NCBI GenBank assembly: GCA_044223515.1 | Contig: JBGALV010000012.1 | Coordinates: 368-64,367, forward strand | Source: Alphaproteobacteria bacterium | Lineage (GTDB): Bacteria > Pseudomonadota > Alphaproteobacteria > SHVZ01 | Length of the DNA stretch: 64,000 nt | Direction of reading: 5' to 3' | In this document: in pieces, positions 46,681-57,391 of the stretch | Numbering within the stretch: position 1 is the first letter of the stretch | Layout: each line of letters begins with the position of its first letter | The notes under the pieces: model-generated | Databases searched by the model: none | What the model was told of the DNA's origin: nothing | The model's input: only the letters and a program-made list of their open reading frames with translations | Program-made: the position numbers and the translations under genes

Positions 46681-46830
46681 GTACTCCCTCCCTCGGCGAA
46701 GCCGGGGGAGGGACGGGGTGGGGGCATGGCCGTGAAGGTGCAATGTACTCGATAGAGCTCGCCTGCCTCGAACAGCGGAGTAGCGCCCCCACCCTGCCCT
46801 CCCCCGCGTAAGACGCGAGGGAGGGTTCCG
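46681..46830. repeat. Inverted pair of REP-like units with ~50-bp spacer (cargo-less MITE-like element)
   Basis: Same terminal repeats as the DUF559 cassette: ..CGGGGGAGGGACGGGGTGGGGGC / GCCCCCACCCTGCCCTCCCCCGCG... Confidence 0.7.
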
Positions 46831-46932
46831 AAGATTCGTTCCAGCTCCCCGCGCGGCGAAAGGCGGCAGTTTGATCGCGCAGCGATCCAACGAGAGCCTT
46901 TCGCCCCCAAGCGCGGGGTCCGTGGCCTTCTT

Positions 46933-48825
46933 TCATCCCCATCGCTTGACCCAAGCCTGGAACATGAGAACGCACCACAGCCGGTGCTGATGGTTGCGCG
47001 TGCCGGCGAGATGCTCGTCCCACGCCGCACGGATGGGATCGGGCGACAGCGCCGCATGCAGAGCTGTCGGCGCCAGCAGCGACTCCGCCCAGTCACGCAG
47101 AGGGCCGCGCAGCCAGTCCGCGAGCGGCAGCGCAAAGCCGGTCTTGGGCCGCTCGACGAGATTACGCGGCACGTAGCGGTCGAGCACGCGGCGCAGCGCC
47201 CATTTTCCGGTCGATCCACGCACACGCATCGAGCGCGGCAGCGACCACGCGAACTCGATCACGCGGTGGTCGAGCAGCGGCGCGCGCGCTTCGAGACCGA
47301 CCGCCATGCTGGCGCGGTCGACCTTGGCGAGGATATCGTCGGGGAGGTAGTCGAGGCTGTCGCGGAGCTGCATGCGCTCGACCGGATCGGCGAGCGCGGC
47401 GCCGGGCACCGGCGGCGGCGGATAGGCCGACACCATCGGCGGCGGATCCCACTGGGTCAGCAGCTGCTCGTGCATCTGCTCGGCACTCTCGGCGCCGAGC
47501 ACTGATGTCAGCTTCTGCACCTTGTCACTCAGCTCGCGCGGGCGCACCGACTCCGGCAGGAACGACGCGGCCTCGTCCCAGAAGCGGCCGGGCACCGAGG
47601 CCGCGAGTCCGGCGGCGAAGCCGCGCAGGCCTTTCGGAATGTCGAGCACGGGGGCGAGCTGCGCCATCGCGACATGGCGATTGTATCCGGCGAACACCTC
47701 GTCGCCGCCGTCGCCCGAGAGCACGACGATGACATGCTCGCGGGCGAGTTTGCTCACCATGTGCGTCGGGATCTGGGAGGAATCCGCGAAGGGCTCGTCG
47801 TAGATCTCGGCCATCGCCGGCACGAGATCGAGCGCATCCTTGGACGAGGCGGTCAGCGTCACATGGTCGGTGCCGAGATGGCGCGCGACGGCTTCCGCAT
47901 GCTGAGACTCGTCGTGGCTCGCCTCGCCGAAGCCGATGGTGAAGCTCTTCGCCTTGGCGGTCGAGGTCGCCTGCATCAGCGCCGCGACCGCCGAGGAGTC
48001 GATGCCGCCGGAGAGCAGCACGCCGAGCGGGCGGTCGGCGATCGAGCAGCGCTTGACCGCGTCTCTGAGCAGCGCGTCGAGACGCTCGATCGCCTCGTCC
48101 TCGCCGATATGGGCGCGCGGGCGCGCGGCGATCTCGGCGAGGCTCCAATAGGGCTCGATCACCGGTTCCGCATCCGGCGCCAGCGTCATCATGTGCGCGG
48201 GTGGCAGCTTCCTCACGCCGGCATGGATCGTCAGCGGCGCCGGCACATAGGCGCGGCGGAAGAAATGCGAGAGTGCGACGGGATCGATCGCGGTCGGGCA
48301 ATCGGGATGCGCGCGCAGTCCCTTCAGCTCCGAGCCGAAGAGCAGCAGGCCGTTGTTCCACGCATAATAGAGTGGCTTCTCGCCCATGCGGTCGCGCGCG
48401 AGCATGAGCGTCCTGGTCTCGCGGTCCCAGAGCGCGATCGCGAACATGCCGACGAGCTTCTGCAGCGCCGCCTTCGCGCCCCACTGCCCGACAGCGGCGA
48501 GCATGACCTCGGTGTCGGACTGGCTCTGGAAGCGATGGCCGAGCGCCGAGAGCTCCGCCTTCAGCTCACGGTAGTTGTAGACCTCACCGTTGAAGATTGC
48601 GACGAAGCGCCCGTTCGCCGAGACCATCGGCTGGTGCCCGCCCGGCGAGAGGTCGATGATCGCGAGCCTGCGGAACCCGAGCGCGACACCGGACGGCCCA
48701 TCGACCCAGTCGCCGTCGTCGTCTGGCCCGCGATGGCGGATCGCGTCCATCATCGCGCGCACGGTGCCGCTCAACGCGTCCTGCGACGCGCCCCGCCGAT
48801 CGAGAATGCCGACCACCCCGCACAT
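46933..48825 (-). CDS. asnB: Asparagine synthase (glutamine-hydrolysing), AsnB-like
   Basis: N-terminal nucleophile MCGVVGI and PP-loop SGGIDSS. Common in O-antigen clusters. Confidence 0.9.
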   Translation of the reverse strand: MCGVVGILDRRGASQDALSGTVRAMMDAIRHRGPDDDGDWVDGPSGVALGFRRLAIIDLSPGGHQPMVSANGRFVAIFNGEVYNYRELKAELSALGHRFQSQSDTEVMLAAVGQWGAKAALQKLVGMFAIALWDRETRTLMLARDRMGEKPLYYAWNNGLLLFGSELKGLRAHPDCPTAIDPVALSHFFRRAYVPAPLTIHAGVRKLPPAHMMTLAPDAEPVIEPYWSLAEIAARPRAHIGEDEAIERLDALLRDAVKRCSIADRPLGVLLSGGIDSSAVAALMQATSTAKAKSFTIGFGEASHDESQHAEAVARHLGTDHVTLTASSKDALDLVPAMAEIYDEPFADSSQIPTHMVSKLAREHVIVVLSGDGGDEVFAGYNRHVAMAQLAPVLDIPKGLRGFAAGLAASVPGRFWDEAASFLPESVRPRELSDKVQKLTSVLGAESAEQMHEQLLTQWDPPPMVSAYPPPPVPGAALADPVERMQLRDSLDYLPDDILAKVDRASMAVGLEARAPLLDHRVIEFAWSLPRSMRVRGSTGKWALRRVLDRYVPRNLVERPKTGFALPLADWLRGPLRDWAESLLAPTALHAALSPDPIRAAWDEHLAGTRNHQHRLWCVLMFQAWVKRWG

Positions 48826-48844
48826 GCGGCCGGACCTTAAGGGT

Positions 48845-49378
48845 TCAAGGCCGTGTCGGCGAGACCCGATAGGAGAGCACCGGCCCGTTCCACGCCGGCG
48901 AGTTCAGGTCGTGCTCCACGAGATCGCGCACGCGCGGATGCGCCGAGATCGCCTTCCGCCAGAAAGCGAGCGCGCTCACGTTCTTGCGGGCGACCGCGGT
49001 CTCCCACTCTCCCGGATACCGATCGAAGATCGCGTTCACCGCCGCCGAGCCGATTCCGCCACGCCGGTATTTCCTGAGCACGAAGAACTCGGCCATGTTG
49101 CGCTCGACCTGCGCCTTAGCGTGGCCGTGGCGGTTCAGCAGGGCGAATCCGGCGATCGCGCCTCCGACGCGGAGCAGCAGCGGCACGCGGCCTTCCTCCT
49201 GCCAGTAGGCGTCGAGATGGGGATACGCCGGGAAGCGCCCCTCCTCGTCGACGTCGCCGCGCGGCAGCCCGGCCCAGAACTCCGAGAAGTCGTGGGTGTA
49301 GAGCTGGAGCAGGTTGTCGAAGACGGGGCGCTGGGCGAGGCGCGCGACCTCGAGGGTGACCGGATTGGAGCCAAGCAT
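48845..49378 (-). CDS. GNAT-like acetyltransferase (predicted)
   Basis: Acetyl-CoA-binding-like RKYRRGGIGSAAV. Confidence 0.6.
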   Translation of the reverse strand: MLGSNPVTLEVARLAQRPVFDNLLQLYTHDFSEFWAGLPRGDVDEEGRFPAYPHLDAYWQEEGRVPLLLRVGGAIAGFALLNRHGHAKAQVERNMAEFFVLRKYRRGGIGSAAVNAIFDRYPGEWETAVARKNVSALAFWRKAISAHPRVRDLVEHDLNSPAWNGPVLSYRVSPTRP

Positions 49379-49433
49379 GGGCCGCGGACCTTGGCGGTCG
49401 CGCGTCACGCGGTCAACGAGGACGACGGGAGGC

Positions 49434-49664
49434 CTAGCCGGTGGCGCCGCTGGCGCCGATGCCGAGCGAAGGCTCGGCGAGCCTGGCGGCGAACCAGCTT
49501 TCGGTGCGGTCGAGCTCGGTCACCGCGTCGGCCAGCATCTCGTAGGAGATGGCGAGCCGGAGATAGCCGTCGCGAAGCTCGGGATCGCCGGTCAGCGTCG
49601 CCTGGTGGCGATTGGCTGCCGCCTTTTCGCGGCATCGCTCGGCATCGTGCGTGGTGACCGGCAT
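49434..49664 (-). CDS. Hypothetical small protein
   Basis: 76-aa ORF with no SD. Weak support. Confidence 0.3.
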   Translation of the reverse strand: MPVTTHDAERCREKAAANRHQATLTGDPELRDGYLRLAISYEMLADAVTELDRTESWFAARLAEPSLGIGASGATG

Positions 49665-49761
49665 TGGGCGAAAAACCCCGCATACGGCGGACAGTTCCGC
49701 CTTCTTTGAAGGAAATTATCGGCACACCCGATCACCGCATTGAGCTGTGTCAAAAGCGCAT

Positions 49762-49792
49762 TTCGATATATCTTGAAATACGATATATCGAA
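49762..49792. promoter_or_regulatory. Perfect 11-bp inverted repeat TTCGATATATC-N9-GATATATCGAA
   Basis: AT-rich, 57 nt upstream of the PadR start. Candidate PadR operator. Confidence 0.45.
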
Positions 49793-49848
49793 ACCTATCT
49801 TAGACATGTCGGACCCATGTTGGATCCGACCAACTGATTGGAAAGACT

Positions 49849-50436
49849 ATGTTTCATCGACATCATGACCATGACCACCCTCGCTCTCACGGGTCCCGCG
49901 ACGAGCGTCACGGGAGCCGGGGCGAGCGCGGGATGCGCGGATTCGGCGGGCGCGGCTTCGGCCGGCATCGCCACGGCCGCGGCGGACGCGGACGGCCCTT
50001 CGAGCACGGGGAGCTCCGATTCGTGCTGCTCAAGCTGCTGGCCGAGACCCCGCGCCACGGCTACGAGCTGATCAAGGCGATCGAGGAAGGGATGGGCGGC
50101 GCCTATTCGCCGAGCCCGGGCGTCATCTACCCGACGCTGACCATGCTGGAGGAGCTGGGCTTCGCCACCGTCCGGGAGAGCGACGGCAAGAAGCTCTATG
50201 CGGTGACGGCGGAAGGCCAGGCCTTCCTTGAGGCCAACCGCGCGACCGTCGACGCGATCTTCGAGCGCATGCAGGGAGCCCGCGGCAGCTTCGCCGCGCC
50301 GCCGATCCTGCGCGCAGTCGAGAACCTGAAGATGGCGCTGAGCCTCAAGCTCGCCGAGCCGAACCTCGACGAGGCGCGCATCCGCAAGATCGCCGCGGCG
50401 ATCGACGCGACCGCGGTCGAGATCGAGCGCAGCTAG
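49849..50436 (+). CDS. PadR-family transcriptional regulator with His/Arg/Gly-rich N-terminal extension
   Basis: wHTH GYELIKAIEE..GVIYPTLTMLEELG. First ~60 aa MFHRHHDHDHPRSHGSRDERHGSRGERG.. are low-complexity. Confidence 0.8.
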   Translation: MFHRHHDHDHPRSHGSRDERHGSRGERGMRGFGGRGFGRHRHGRGGRGRPFEHGELRFVLLKLLAETPRHGYELIKAIEEGMGGAYSPSPGVIYPTLTMLEELGFATVRESDGKKLYAVTAEGQAFLEANRATVDAIFERMQGARGSFAAPPILRAVENLKMALSLKLAEPNLDEARIRKIAAAIDATAVEIERS

Positions 50437-50439
50437 CGC

Positions 50440-50784
50440 TCAGCCGTGGCGTCCCCGGCTGTCGGGTGGCGCCTCGGCGCGATCGATCATGCCGTAGTTG
50501 CGGATCACGCCAGCGATCCTGAGCCGGTAGTCCCGGAAGATGCCGCCGCGCCCGGCTTCCTGCGCGAGCCGATGCTGCTCGACGTTGCGCCAGGCCTGCA
50601 CGGCCGCCTCGTCGCGCCAGAACGACAGCGAGAGAAGCTTGCGCGGCTCCGCCAGGCTCTCGAAGCGCTCGACCGAGATGAAGCCGTCGATCTCGGCCAG
50701 GCGCGGCTTCAGCGACGCCGCGATGTCGAGATAGGCCGCGCGCTTCCCCTCGGCCAGCCAGACTTCGAAGATGACGGCGATCAT
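50440..50784 (-). CDS. Antibiotic-biosynthesis-monooxygenase (ABM) domain protein
   Basis: ~110-aa ferredoxin-like ABM pattern. Confidence 0.8.
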   Translation of the reverse strand: MIAVIFEVWLAEGKRAAYLDIAASLKPRLAEIDGFISVERFESLAEPRKLLSLSFWRDEAAVQAWRNVEQHRLAQEAGRGGIFRDYRLRIAGVIRNYGMIDRAEAPPDSRGRHG

Positions 50785-50799
50785 GGGCGCTCCTGCGCT

Positions 50800-50998
50800 C
50801 GTACTTCCTCCCCCCGATCCTTTCGGCCCCCTCTCCCGCGAAGCGGGGGAGGGTTGGGGCGGGGGCCGAGCGTAAGCGAGGTCGGATCGGAATCGCCACT
50901 GCGCTGCTCCTCGCTGTGCTCGGCCCCCACCCTGCCCTCCCCCGCGGGGGACGCGGGAGAGGGTTCCAAAGGTGCGCGCGCGGGGGGGAGGGAATCAG
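50800..50998. repeat. Inverted pair of REP-like units (cargo-less) plus extra G-rich unit
   Basis: ..CGAAGCGGGGGAGGGTTGGGGCGGGGGCC .. GGCCCCCACCCTGCCCTCCCCCGCGGGGGACGCGGGAGAGGG. Confidence 0.7.
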
Positions 50999-51300
50999 AC
51001 GACCTTCTGCAGGAACGTCCGCTCCTCCGACAGGATGAACCTCTCCTTCTTCGCGAACTCGAAGTTCGCCTTGCCCCGGGCATCCGCCTTGATGCGGGCG
51101 CGGTAGGCCTCGTAGGCGGCGAGGCTCTCGAAGCCGATCAGCGCCCAGCCGATGTTGTTGGTGCCCTCGTGCGGCAGGAAGTAGCCCAGGAGATCCCCGC
51201 CGCAGCGGGGGATGATCTCGAGCCAGGCCCGGCTATAGGCCTCGAAGGCATCCCGCTGGAACGGGTCGATCACGTAGCGGATGAGCACGGTCACGGTCAT
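50995..51300 (-). CDS. NIPSNAP-family protein
   Basis: 101-aa dimeric alpha/beta-barrel pattern. Confidence 0.7.
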   Translation of the reverse strand: MTVTVLIRYVIDPFQRDAFEAYSRAWLEIIPRCGGDLLGYFLPHEGTNNIGWALIGFESLAAYEAYRARIKADARGKANFEFAKKERFILSEERTFLQKVV

Positions 51301-51435
51301 CGGCGTCCCCTCAGATGGAGCGCGGACCCTAGGGGTACGGCCGGCGCCGATGCTTCGGTTCCGGCCGAAGGGAAGCCTTCCCGGAGCCTACAGCTCCTGA
51401 TATCGTTGCTATCAACGCTATCGGAGACTGCCCCC

Positions 51436-51687
51436 GTGCCCAGGAGCATGGTGATCCGCAACATCGAGGACGAGGTCATGTTCAAGCTGCGCCTGCGCGC
51501 GGCCCGGCATGGCCGCTCGATGGAGGCGGAAGTCCGGGAAATTCTGAGGGTTACGGCCGCCGGCGAGCCCGGGACGGACTTCTGGGAGCGGGCGGCGAAG
51601 CTGCGCGAGGCGACCAAGGGCCGGCCCCAGACTGCGGCGGAAGCCCTGCTGCGCGTGGCGAGGGATACCCCCGAGGACCGGCGATGA
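51436..51687 (+). CDS. vapB: Type II antitoxin (FitA/VapB-like ribbon-helix-helix)
   Basis: N-terminal RHH (MVIRNIEDEVMFKLRLRAARHGRSMEAEVREIL). ATGA overlap with the downstream PIN gene. Start is GTG 51436 or ATG 51448. Confidence 0.75.
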   Translation: MPRSMVIRNIEDEVMFKLRLRAARHGRSMEAEVREILRVTAAGEPGTDFWERAAKLREATKGRPQTAAEALLRVARDTPEDRR

Positions 51688-52157
51688 GGACGACGCCGAT
51701 GAGGCAGGGCCTGGCCGGCACCATCGCCAAGGGGTGCGTCGTCGACGCCAGCGTCGTCATCAAGTGGTTCGCCGACGATCCCTTGAGCCGCGCCGCGCTG
51801 GCGCTCCGCAACGTGCCGCTGCATGCGCCCGACGTGCTGGCCGCCGACTGCGCCGAGATCCTGTGGCGCAAGGAACTCCTCAATGAAATGAGCGAGGCCG
51901 AGGTCGACGAAGCGTCCGAGCTGCTGCAGCAGGCCCAGATCGGGCTGCACCCGACTCGCGCGCTGACCGACCAGATCTTAGGGTTCGCCCGGTCGCTCAG
52001 GCACCCGACCCGCGACTGCGCCTACCTCGCCACCGCCTGGCTGCTCGAGATCCCTCTGGTCACCGCCGACGAGCGCCTGGCGGCTTTCGTCCGCGCCGGG
52101 TCCGCCGAGCAGACCAACCTGCCCCAGGTGCTGCCGCTCCGGATCTTCCAGGCCTAG
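51684..52157 (+). CDS. vapC: PIN-domain ribonuclease toxin VapC
   Basis: PIN acidic residues (VVDASVVIKW..D, ..E.., TADERL). Confidence 0.8.
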   Translation: MRTTPMRQGLAGTIAKGCVVDASVVIKWFADDPLSRAALALRNVPLHAPDVLAADCAEILWRKELLNEMSEAEVDEASELLQQAQIGLHPTRALTDQILGFARSLRHPTRDCAYLATAWLLEIPLVTADERLAAFVRAGSAEQTNLPQVLPLRIFQA

Positions 52158-52253
52158 GTTTCGGGCCGGGATCGGGCGTCCCCGCCTTGCCCGTTGTTGC
52201 AGCTGCGTGATATAGCCCGCCGGCTTCAAATTCCTCAGAAATCCGGCCGGTTC

Positions 52254-52820
52254 ATGGACATCCAGGCGACCTCGATCCCCGAGGTCAAGATCATCGCGCC
52301 CAAGAAGTTCGGCGACGCCCGCGGGTTCTTCTCCGAGACCTATAACCAGCGCGCGTTCCACGACGCCGGCATCACCGATGTCTGGATCCAGGACAATCAT
52401 TCGATGTCCGGTCCGCGCGGCACCGTGCGCGGTCTCCACTACCAGATTGCGCCGACGGAGCAGGCGAAGCTGGTGCGCGTGGTGAAGGGCGCGATCCTCG
52501 ACGTCGCGGTCGACATCCGCAAAGGCTCGCCGACCTATGGCCGCCACGTGGCGTGCGAGATCTCGGCCGAGAAGTGGAACCAGATCTACGTGCCGTCGGG
52601 ATTCGCGCACGGCTTCTGCACGCTGACCCCCGACACCGAGGTCCTCTACAAGGTGACGGCGCTCTATTCGAAGAACGACGAGTTCGGGGTCCTCTGGAAC
52701 GATCCGGCGCTCGGCATCGACTGGCCGGTGAAGCCGGCCGAGGCACTCCTCTCCGACAAGGACAAGGTGCAGCCGACCTTCGCCAACGCGCCGGTCCACT
52801 TCACCTACGCAAAGCCATGA
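52254..52820 (+). CDS. rmlC: dTDP-4-dehydrorhamnose 3,5-epimerase
   Basis: Cupin pattern [20 protein letters not shown]. Start at MDIQ; ORF-track extension trimmed. Confidence 0.9.
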   Translation: MDIQATSIPEVKIIAPKKFGDARGFFSETYNQRAFHDAGITDVWIQDNHSMSGPRGTVRGLHYQIAPTEQAKLVRVVKGAILDVAVDIRKGSPTYGRHVACEISAEKWNQIYVPSGFAHGFCTLTPDTEVLYKVTALYSKNDEFGVLWNDPALGIDWPVKPAEALLSDKDKVQPTFANAPVHFTYAKP

Positions 52821-53869
52821 GCACCATTCTCGTCACCGGCGGCGCCGGCTTCATCGGCTCGGCGGTCGTCCGCCAGCTCCTCAAGGAAGGCGCGTCCAAG
52901 GTCGTGAACCTGGACAAGCTGACCTATGCGGCGAACCTCGCCTCGATCCCCGGCACGGAAGGCAATCCTCGCTACGTGCTCGAGCGCGTCGACATCTGCG
53001 ACGCGGCCGAGGTGCAGCGCGTGTTCAGCATCCACAAGCCCGACGCGGTGATGCACCTCGCGGCCGAGAGCCATGTCGACCGCTCGATCGACGGGCCCGG
53101 CGCCTTCATCCACACCAACGTCATCGGCACCTTCAACCTGCTGCAGTCGGCGCTCGGCCATTGGCGCGCGCTCGAAGGCCAGGCGAAGGACGCGTTCCGC
53201 TTCCTTCACGTGTCGACAGACGAAGTCTACGGTTCGCTCGGTCCGACCGGCGCCTTCACCGAGTCCACGCGCTACGACCCGCATTCGCCGTACTCGGCCT
53301 CCAAGGCGTCGTCGGACCACCTGGCGCGCGCGTGGGGCGACACCTATGGCCTCCCGGTGATCGTCACCAACTGCTCGAACAATTACGGGCCGTACCAATT
53401 CCCGGAGAAGCTGATCCCGCTGATGGTGCTGAAGGCCATGCGCGGCGAGAAGCTGCCGGTCTACGGCAAGGGCGACAACATCCGCGACTGGCTCTACGTC
53501 GAGGATCACGCCGCCGCGCTGCGCCTCGTCGTGAAGCGCGGCAAGCCCGGCGAGACCTACAACATCGGCGGCCGCGCCGAGATGCAGAACATCCAGGTGG
53601 TGAAGACCATCTGCAAGCTGGTCGACGAGCTTCGCCCGGGCAACGCGCCGCGCGAGGAGCTCATCACCTACGTAAAGGACCGCCCGGGCCACGACCAGCG
53701 CTACGCGATCGACGCGTCCAAGATCGAGCGCGAGCTCGGATGGAAGCCGTCGCTCGGATTCGACCAGGGCATCCGCCAGACGGTCGAGTGGTATGTCGGC
53801 CGCGAGGACTGGTGGCGTCCGATCCTCGACGGCCGCTATCAAGGCGACCGCCTCGGCCTGAAGTCATGA
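52817..53869 (+). CDS. rmlB: dTDP-glucose 4,6-dehydratase
   Basis: [18 protein letters not shown] (Y-x3-K). ATGA overlap with rmlC. Confidence 0.95.
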   Translation: MSTILVTGGAGFIGSAVVRQLLKEGASKVVNLDKLTYAANLASIPGTEGNPRYVLERVDICDAAEVQRVFSIHKPDAVMHLAAESHVDRSIDGPGAFIHTNVIGTFNLLQSALGHWRALEGQAKDAFRFLHVSTDEVYGSLGPTGAFTESTRYDPHSPYSASKASSDHLARAWGDTYGLPVIVTNCSNNYGPYQFPEKLIPLMVLKAMRGEKLPVYGKGDNIRDWLYVEDHAAALRLVVKRGKPGETYNIGGRAEMQNIQVVKTICKLVDELRPGNAPREELITYVKDRPGHDQRYAIDASKIERELGWKPSLGFDQGIRQTVEWYVGREDWWRPILDGRYQGDRLGLKS

Positions 53870-54732
53870 AGCTGCTGGTCACCGGCGGCACGGGCCAGGT
53901 CGGCGAGGCGCTGAAGCGCCTGGCGCCGAGGCTCGGCGTCACGGTGATCGCGCCCGGACGCGCCGATCTCGATCTCTCGAACCCAGGTGCGATCAAGCTG
54001 CCGGATGGCATCGACGGCGTGATCAACGCCGGCGCCTACACCGCGGTCGACAAGGCGGAGTCGGAGCCGGCGCTGGCCGAGACCGTCAACGGCACCGCTC
54101 CCGGCGTGATCGCGCGTCTGGCGGCGAAGCGCGACCTGCCGATCGTGCAGATCTCGACCGACTACGTCTTCGACGGCACCAAGACCGCGCCTTACGTCGA
54201 GACCGATCCGGTCGCCCCGGTCTCCGTCTATGGCCGCACCAAGGAGGCCGGCGAGCGTGCCGTGCGCGAGGCCAACCCGGTCCACGCGATCATGCGGACG
54301 AGCTGGGTCTACGCCGTCCACGGCAACAACTTCGTCAAGACGATGCTGCGCCTCGGCAAGGAGCGCGACCAGCTCAAGGTCGTCGCCGACCAGACCGGCG
54401 CCCCGACATTGGCCGACGACATCGCCGCAGCCGCGGTGCTGATCGCCAAGTCGCTGACGACGGCTAATGCTGGGACCTACCACTACACGGCCGAGGGTGC
54501 CGTCACCTGGCACGGCTTCGCGAGCGCGATCTGGGCCAAGGCCGGGCCGAAGCTGGGCCGGGCGCCGAAGATCGATCCGATCCCCACCTCGGGCTATCCG
54601 ACGCCGGCAAAACGGCCGCAGAATTCCCGTCTCGACTGCTCGAAGATCGTCCGGACCTTCGGGGTCGTCCGCCGTCCCTGGGAACGGGCGCTGGACGAGA
54701 CGCTCATCCGCCTCCTAGAAGAAAAGCCATGA
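53866..54732 (+). CDS. rmlD: dTDP-4-dehydrorhamnose reductase
   Basis: [11 protein letters not shown], 288 aa. ATGA overlap. Confidence 0.9.
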   Translation: MKLLVTGGTGQVGEALKRLAPRLGVTVIAPGRADLDLSNPGAIKLPDGIDGVINAGAYTAVDKAESEPALAETVNGTAPGVIARLAAKRDLPIVQISTDYVFDGTKTAPYVETDPVAPVSVYGRTKEAGERAVREANPVHAIMRTSWVYAVHGNNFVKTMLRLGKERDQLKVVADQTGAPTLADDIAAAAVLIAKSLTTANAGTYHYTAEGAVTWHGFASAIWAKAGPKLGRAPKIDPIPTSGYPTPAKRPQNSRLDCSKIVRTFGVVRRPWERALDETLIRLLEEKP

Positions 54733-55601
54733 AGGGCATCATCCTCGCCGGCGGCAGCGGCACCAGGCTCCATCCGCTGACCTTGGCCACGTCCAAGCAG
54801 CTCCTGCCGGTCAACGACAAGCCGATGATCTACTATCCCCTGACCACGCTGATGCTGGCGGGGATCAAGGACATCCTGATCATCACCACGCCCGAGGACC
54901 AGGCCGCCTTCCAGCGCCTGCTCGGCGACGGCAACCAGTGGGGCATCCGAATCTCGTACGCCGTGCAGCCGGTGCCGAACGGCCTCGCCCAGGCCTTCGT
55001 GATCGGCAAGGACTTCGTCGGCGGCGAGAAGGCCGCGCTCGTGCTTGGCGACAACATCTTCTTCGGCCACGGCCTGACGGACTCCCTCAAGCGCGCGGCG
55101 GCCGAGGACAGCGGCGCCACCGTGTTCGGCTACTGGGTCAAGGATCCGGAGCGCTACGGCGTCGTCGCCTTCGACGAAGCCGGCAAGCCGTCCTCGATCG
55201 AGGAGAAGCCGAAGCAGCCGAAGAGCCATTGGGCGGTGACCGGCCTCTACTTCTACGACGCGCGCATCTGCGACATCGCGGCCAGGATCGAGCCTTCGGC
55301 TCGGGGCGAATACGAGATCACCGACGTCAACCGCGCCTATCTCGAGATGGGCCAGCTCCATGTCGAGAAGCTCGGCCGCGGCTTCGCCTGGCTCGACACC
55401 GGCACCTTCGACTCCCTCCTCCAGGCGGGCGAGTTCGTCCGCGCGGTCGAGGAACGCCAGGGCCTCAAGATCGCCTGCCCGGAAGAGATCGCCTATCTGC
55501 AGGGCTGGATCGACGCCAGGCAGATGAAGGCGCTCGCCGAGAAGCTGCTCAAGTCCGGCTACGGCACCTACCTCCTCGGCGTTCTCGCCGATCACCCGTG
55601 A
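54729..55601 (+). CDS. rmlA: Glucose-1-phosphate thymidylyltransferase
   Basis: [20 protein letters not shown] overlap. Confidence 0.95.
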   Translation: MKGIILAGGSGTRLHPLTLATSKQLLPVNDKPMIYYPLTTLMLAGIKDILIITTPEDQAAFQRLLGDGNQWGIRISYAVQPVPNGLAQAFVIGKDFVGGEKAALVLGDNIFFGHGLTDSLKRAAAEDSGATVFGYWVKDPERYGVVAFDEAGKPSSIEEKPKQPKSHWAVTGLYFYDARICDIAARIEPSARGEYEITDVNRAYLEMGQLHVEKLGRGFAWLDTGTFDSLLQAGEFVRAVEERQGLKIACPEEIAYLQGWIDARQMKALAEKLLKSGYGTYLLGVLADHP

Positions 55602-55602
55602 G

Positions 55603-57390
55603 ATGACGATGCATTCCTACCGCACGCATACCTGCAACGCGCTTCGCTCGGCGGAAGTCGGCCAGACCGTCCGGATCTCCGGCTGGGTCCATCGCAAGCG
55701 CGACCATGGCCAGCTGCTGTTCATCGATCTCCGCGACCACTACGGCATCACGCAATGCGTGACCGATGCCTCGAAGCCGATGTTCAAGGCCGTCGAGGAC
55801 ACGCGCGTCGAAAGCGTGGTCACGATCACCGGCCGCGTCGTCAAGCGCACGCCCGAGACCGTCAACGCGCAGATCCCGACCGGCGAGATCGAGGTCGTGA
55901 TCGACGAGTATTCGATCCAGTCGGCCGCCGAGCTGGTGCCGCTGCAGGTCAACGCGGTCGAGGACTCGGGCGAGGAGACGCGGCTCCGCTACCGCTTCCT
56001 CGATCTCCGCCGCGATCGCATCCACAAGAACATCATCCTGCGCTCCAAGGTGATCGCGTCGATCCGGCGCCGCATGATCGATCAGGGCTTCACCGAGTTC
56101 CAGACGCCGATCCTGACCGCGTCGTCGCCGGAGGGTGCGCGCGACTTCCTGGTGCCGAGCCGCCTGCATGCCGGCAAGTTCTACGCGCTGCCGCAGGCCC
56201 CCCAGCAGTTCAAGCAGCTGCTGATGGTCGCGGGCTTCGACCGCTACTTCCAGATCGCGCCCTGCTTCCGCGACGAGGACTCCCGCGCCGACCGCTCGCC
56301 GGGCGAATTCTACCAGCTCGACTTCGAGATGAGCTTCGTCACGCAGGAAGACGTGTTCGCCGCGATCGAGCCCGTCATCGCCGGCGTGTTCGAGGAGTTC
56401 GCCGACGGCCGCGGCGTCACCAAGCCGCCGTTCCCGCGCATCCCCTTCGCCGAGTCGATGCTGAAATACGGCAACGACAAGCCGGACCTCCGCAACCCGC
56501 TGGTCATCGCCGACGTGACCAAGGTGTTCGAGGGCTCGGGCTTCGGCATCTTCGCCAAGGCGATCGAGAAGGGCGGCGTGGTGCGAGGGATTCCCGCGCC
56601 GAAGACCGCCGACAAGCCGCGCAGCTTCTTCGACAAGATGAACGACTGGGCACGCGAACAGGGCTTCCCGGGGCTCGGATACATCGTCTTCGAGAAGGGC
56701 GAGGCCAAGGGCCCCATCGCCAAGTTCCTCGATGCCGATCGGTTGGCAACGCTGAAGGCCGCGACCGGTGCGGGCGACGGCGATGCCGTGTTCTTCTCCG
56801 CCGGCAAGGCCGCCGACGCGGCGAAGCTCGCCGGCCTCGCGCGCACGCGCATCGGCACCGAGCTGGAACTCATCGAGCAGAAGGCATTCAAGTTCTGCTG
56901 GATCGTCGACTTCCCGATGTACGAGCAGAACGAGGACACGGGCGCGATCGAGTTCAGCCACAACCCGTTCTCGATGCCGCAGGGCGGCCTCGAAGCGCTG
57001 ACCACGAAGAACCCGCTCGACATCCTGGCCTACCAGTACGACATCGTCTGCAACGGCGTGGAGCTCTCCTCGGGTGCGATCCGGAACCACAAGCCGGACA
57101 TCATGCTGAAGGCCTTCGAGATCGCGGGCTACGGCCCCGAGGTGGTCGAGAAGAAGTTCGGCGGCATGCTGAACGCCTTCCGCTACGGCGCCCCGCCGCA
57201 TGGCGGCTCGGCGCCCGGCATCGACCGCATCGTCATGCTGATCGCCGACGAGCCCAACATCCGCGAGGTCATCCTCTTCCCGATGAACCAGCGCGCCGAG
57301 GACCTGATGATGGGCGCGCCCTCGGAAGTCACCGAGAAGCAGCTCCGCGAGCTCTCGATCCGCATCGCGGCGCCGGCGCCGAAAGCATGA
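55603..57390 (+). CDS. aspS: Aspartate--tRNA ligase
   Basis: Class II motifs, 595 aa ([19 protein letters not shown]; GGSAPGIDR). Starts 2 nt after the rmlA stop. Confidence 0.95.
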   Translation: MTMHSYRTHTCNALRSAEVGQTVRISGWVHRKRDHGQLLFIDLRDHYGITQCVTDASKPMFKAVEDTRVESVVTITGRVVKRTPETVNAQIPTGEIEVVIDEYSIQSAAELVPLQVNAVEDSGEETRLRYRFLDLRRDRIHKNIILRSKVIASIRRRMIDQGFTEFQTPILTASSPEGARDFLVPSRLHAGKFYALPQAPQQFKQLLMVAGFDRYFQIAPCFRDEDSRADRSPGEFYQLDFEMSFVTQEDVFAAIEPVIAGVFEEFADGRGVTKPPFPRIPFAESMLKYGNDKPDLRNPLVIADVTKVFEGSGFGIFAKAIEKGGVVRGIPAPKTADKPRSFFDKMNDWAREQGFPGLGYIVFEKGEAKGPIAKFLDADRLATLKAATGAGDGDAVFFSAGKAADAAKLAGLARTRIGTELELIEQKAFKFCWIVDFPMYEQNEDTGAIEFSHNPFSMPQGGLEALTTKNPLDILAYQYDIVCNGVELSSGAIRNHKPDIMLKAFEIAGYGPEVVEKKFGGMLNAFRYGAPPHGGSAPGIDRIVMLIADEPNIREVILFPMNQRAEDLMMGAPSEVTEKQLRELSIRIAAPAPKA

Positions 57391-57391
57391 C

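Noticed and set aside
46984-48840. ORFs 46984..47505 + and 47674..48840 + antisense to asnB, and 59474..60493 - antisense to PAS-like copy 3 and ribH
   Set aside because: They overlap well-supported genes and show GC-artefact composition.
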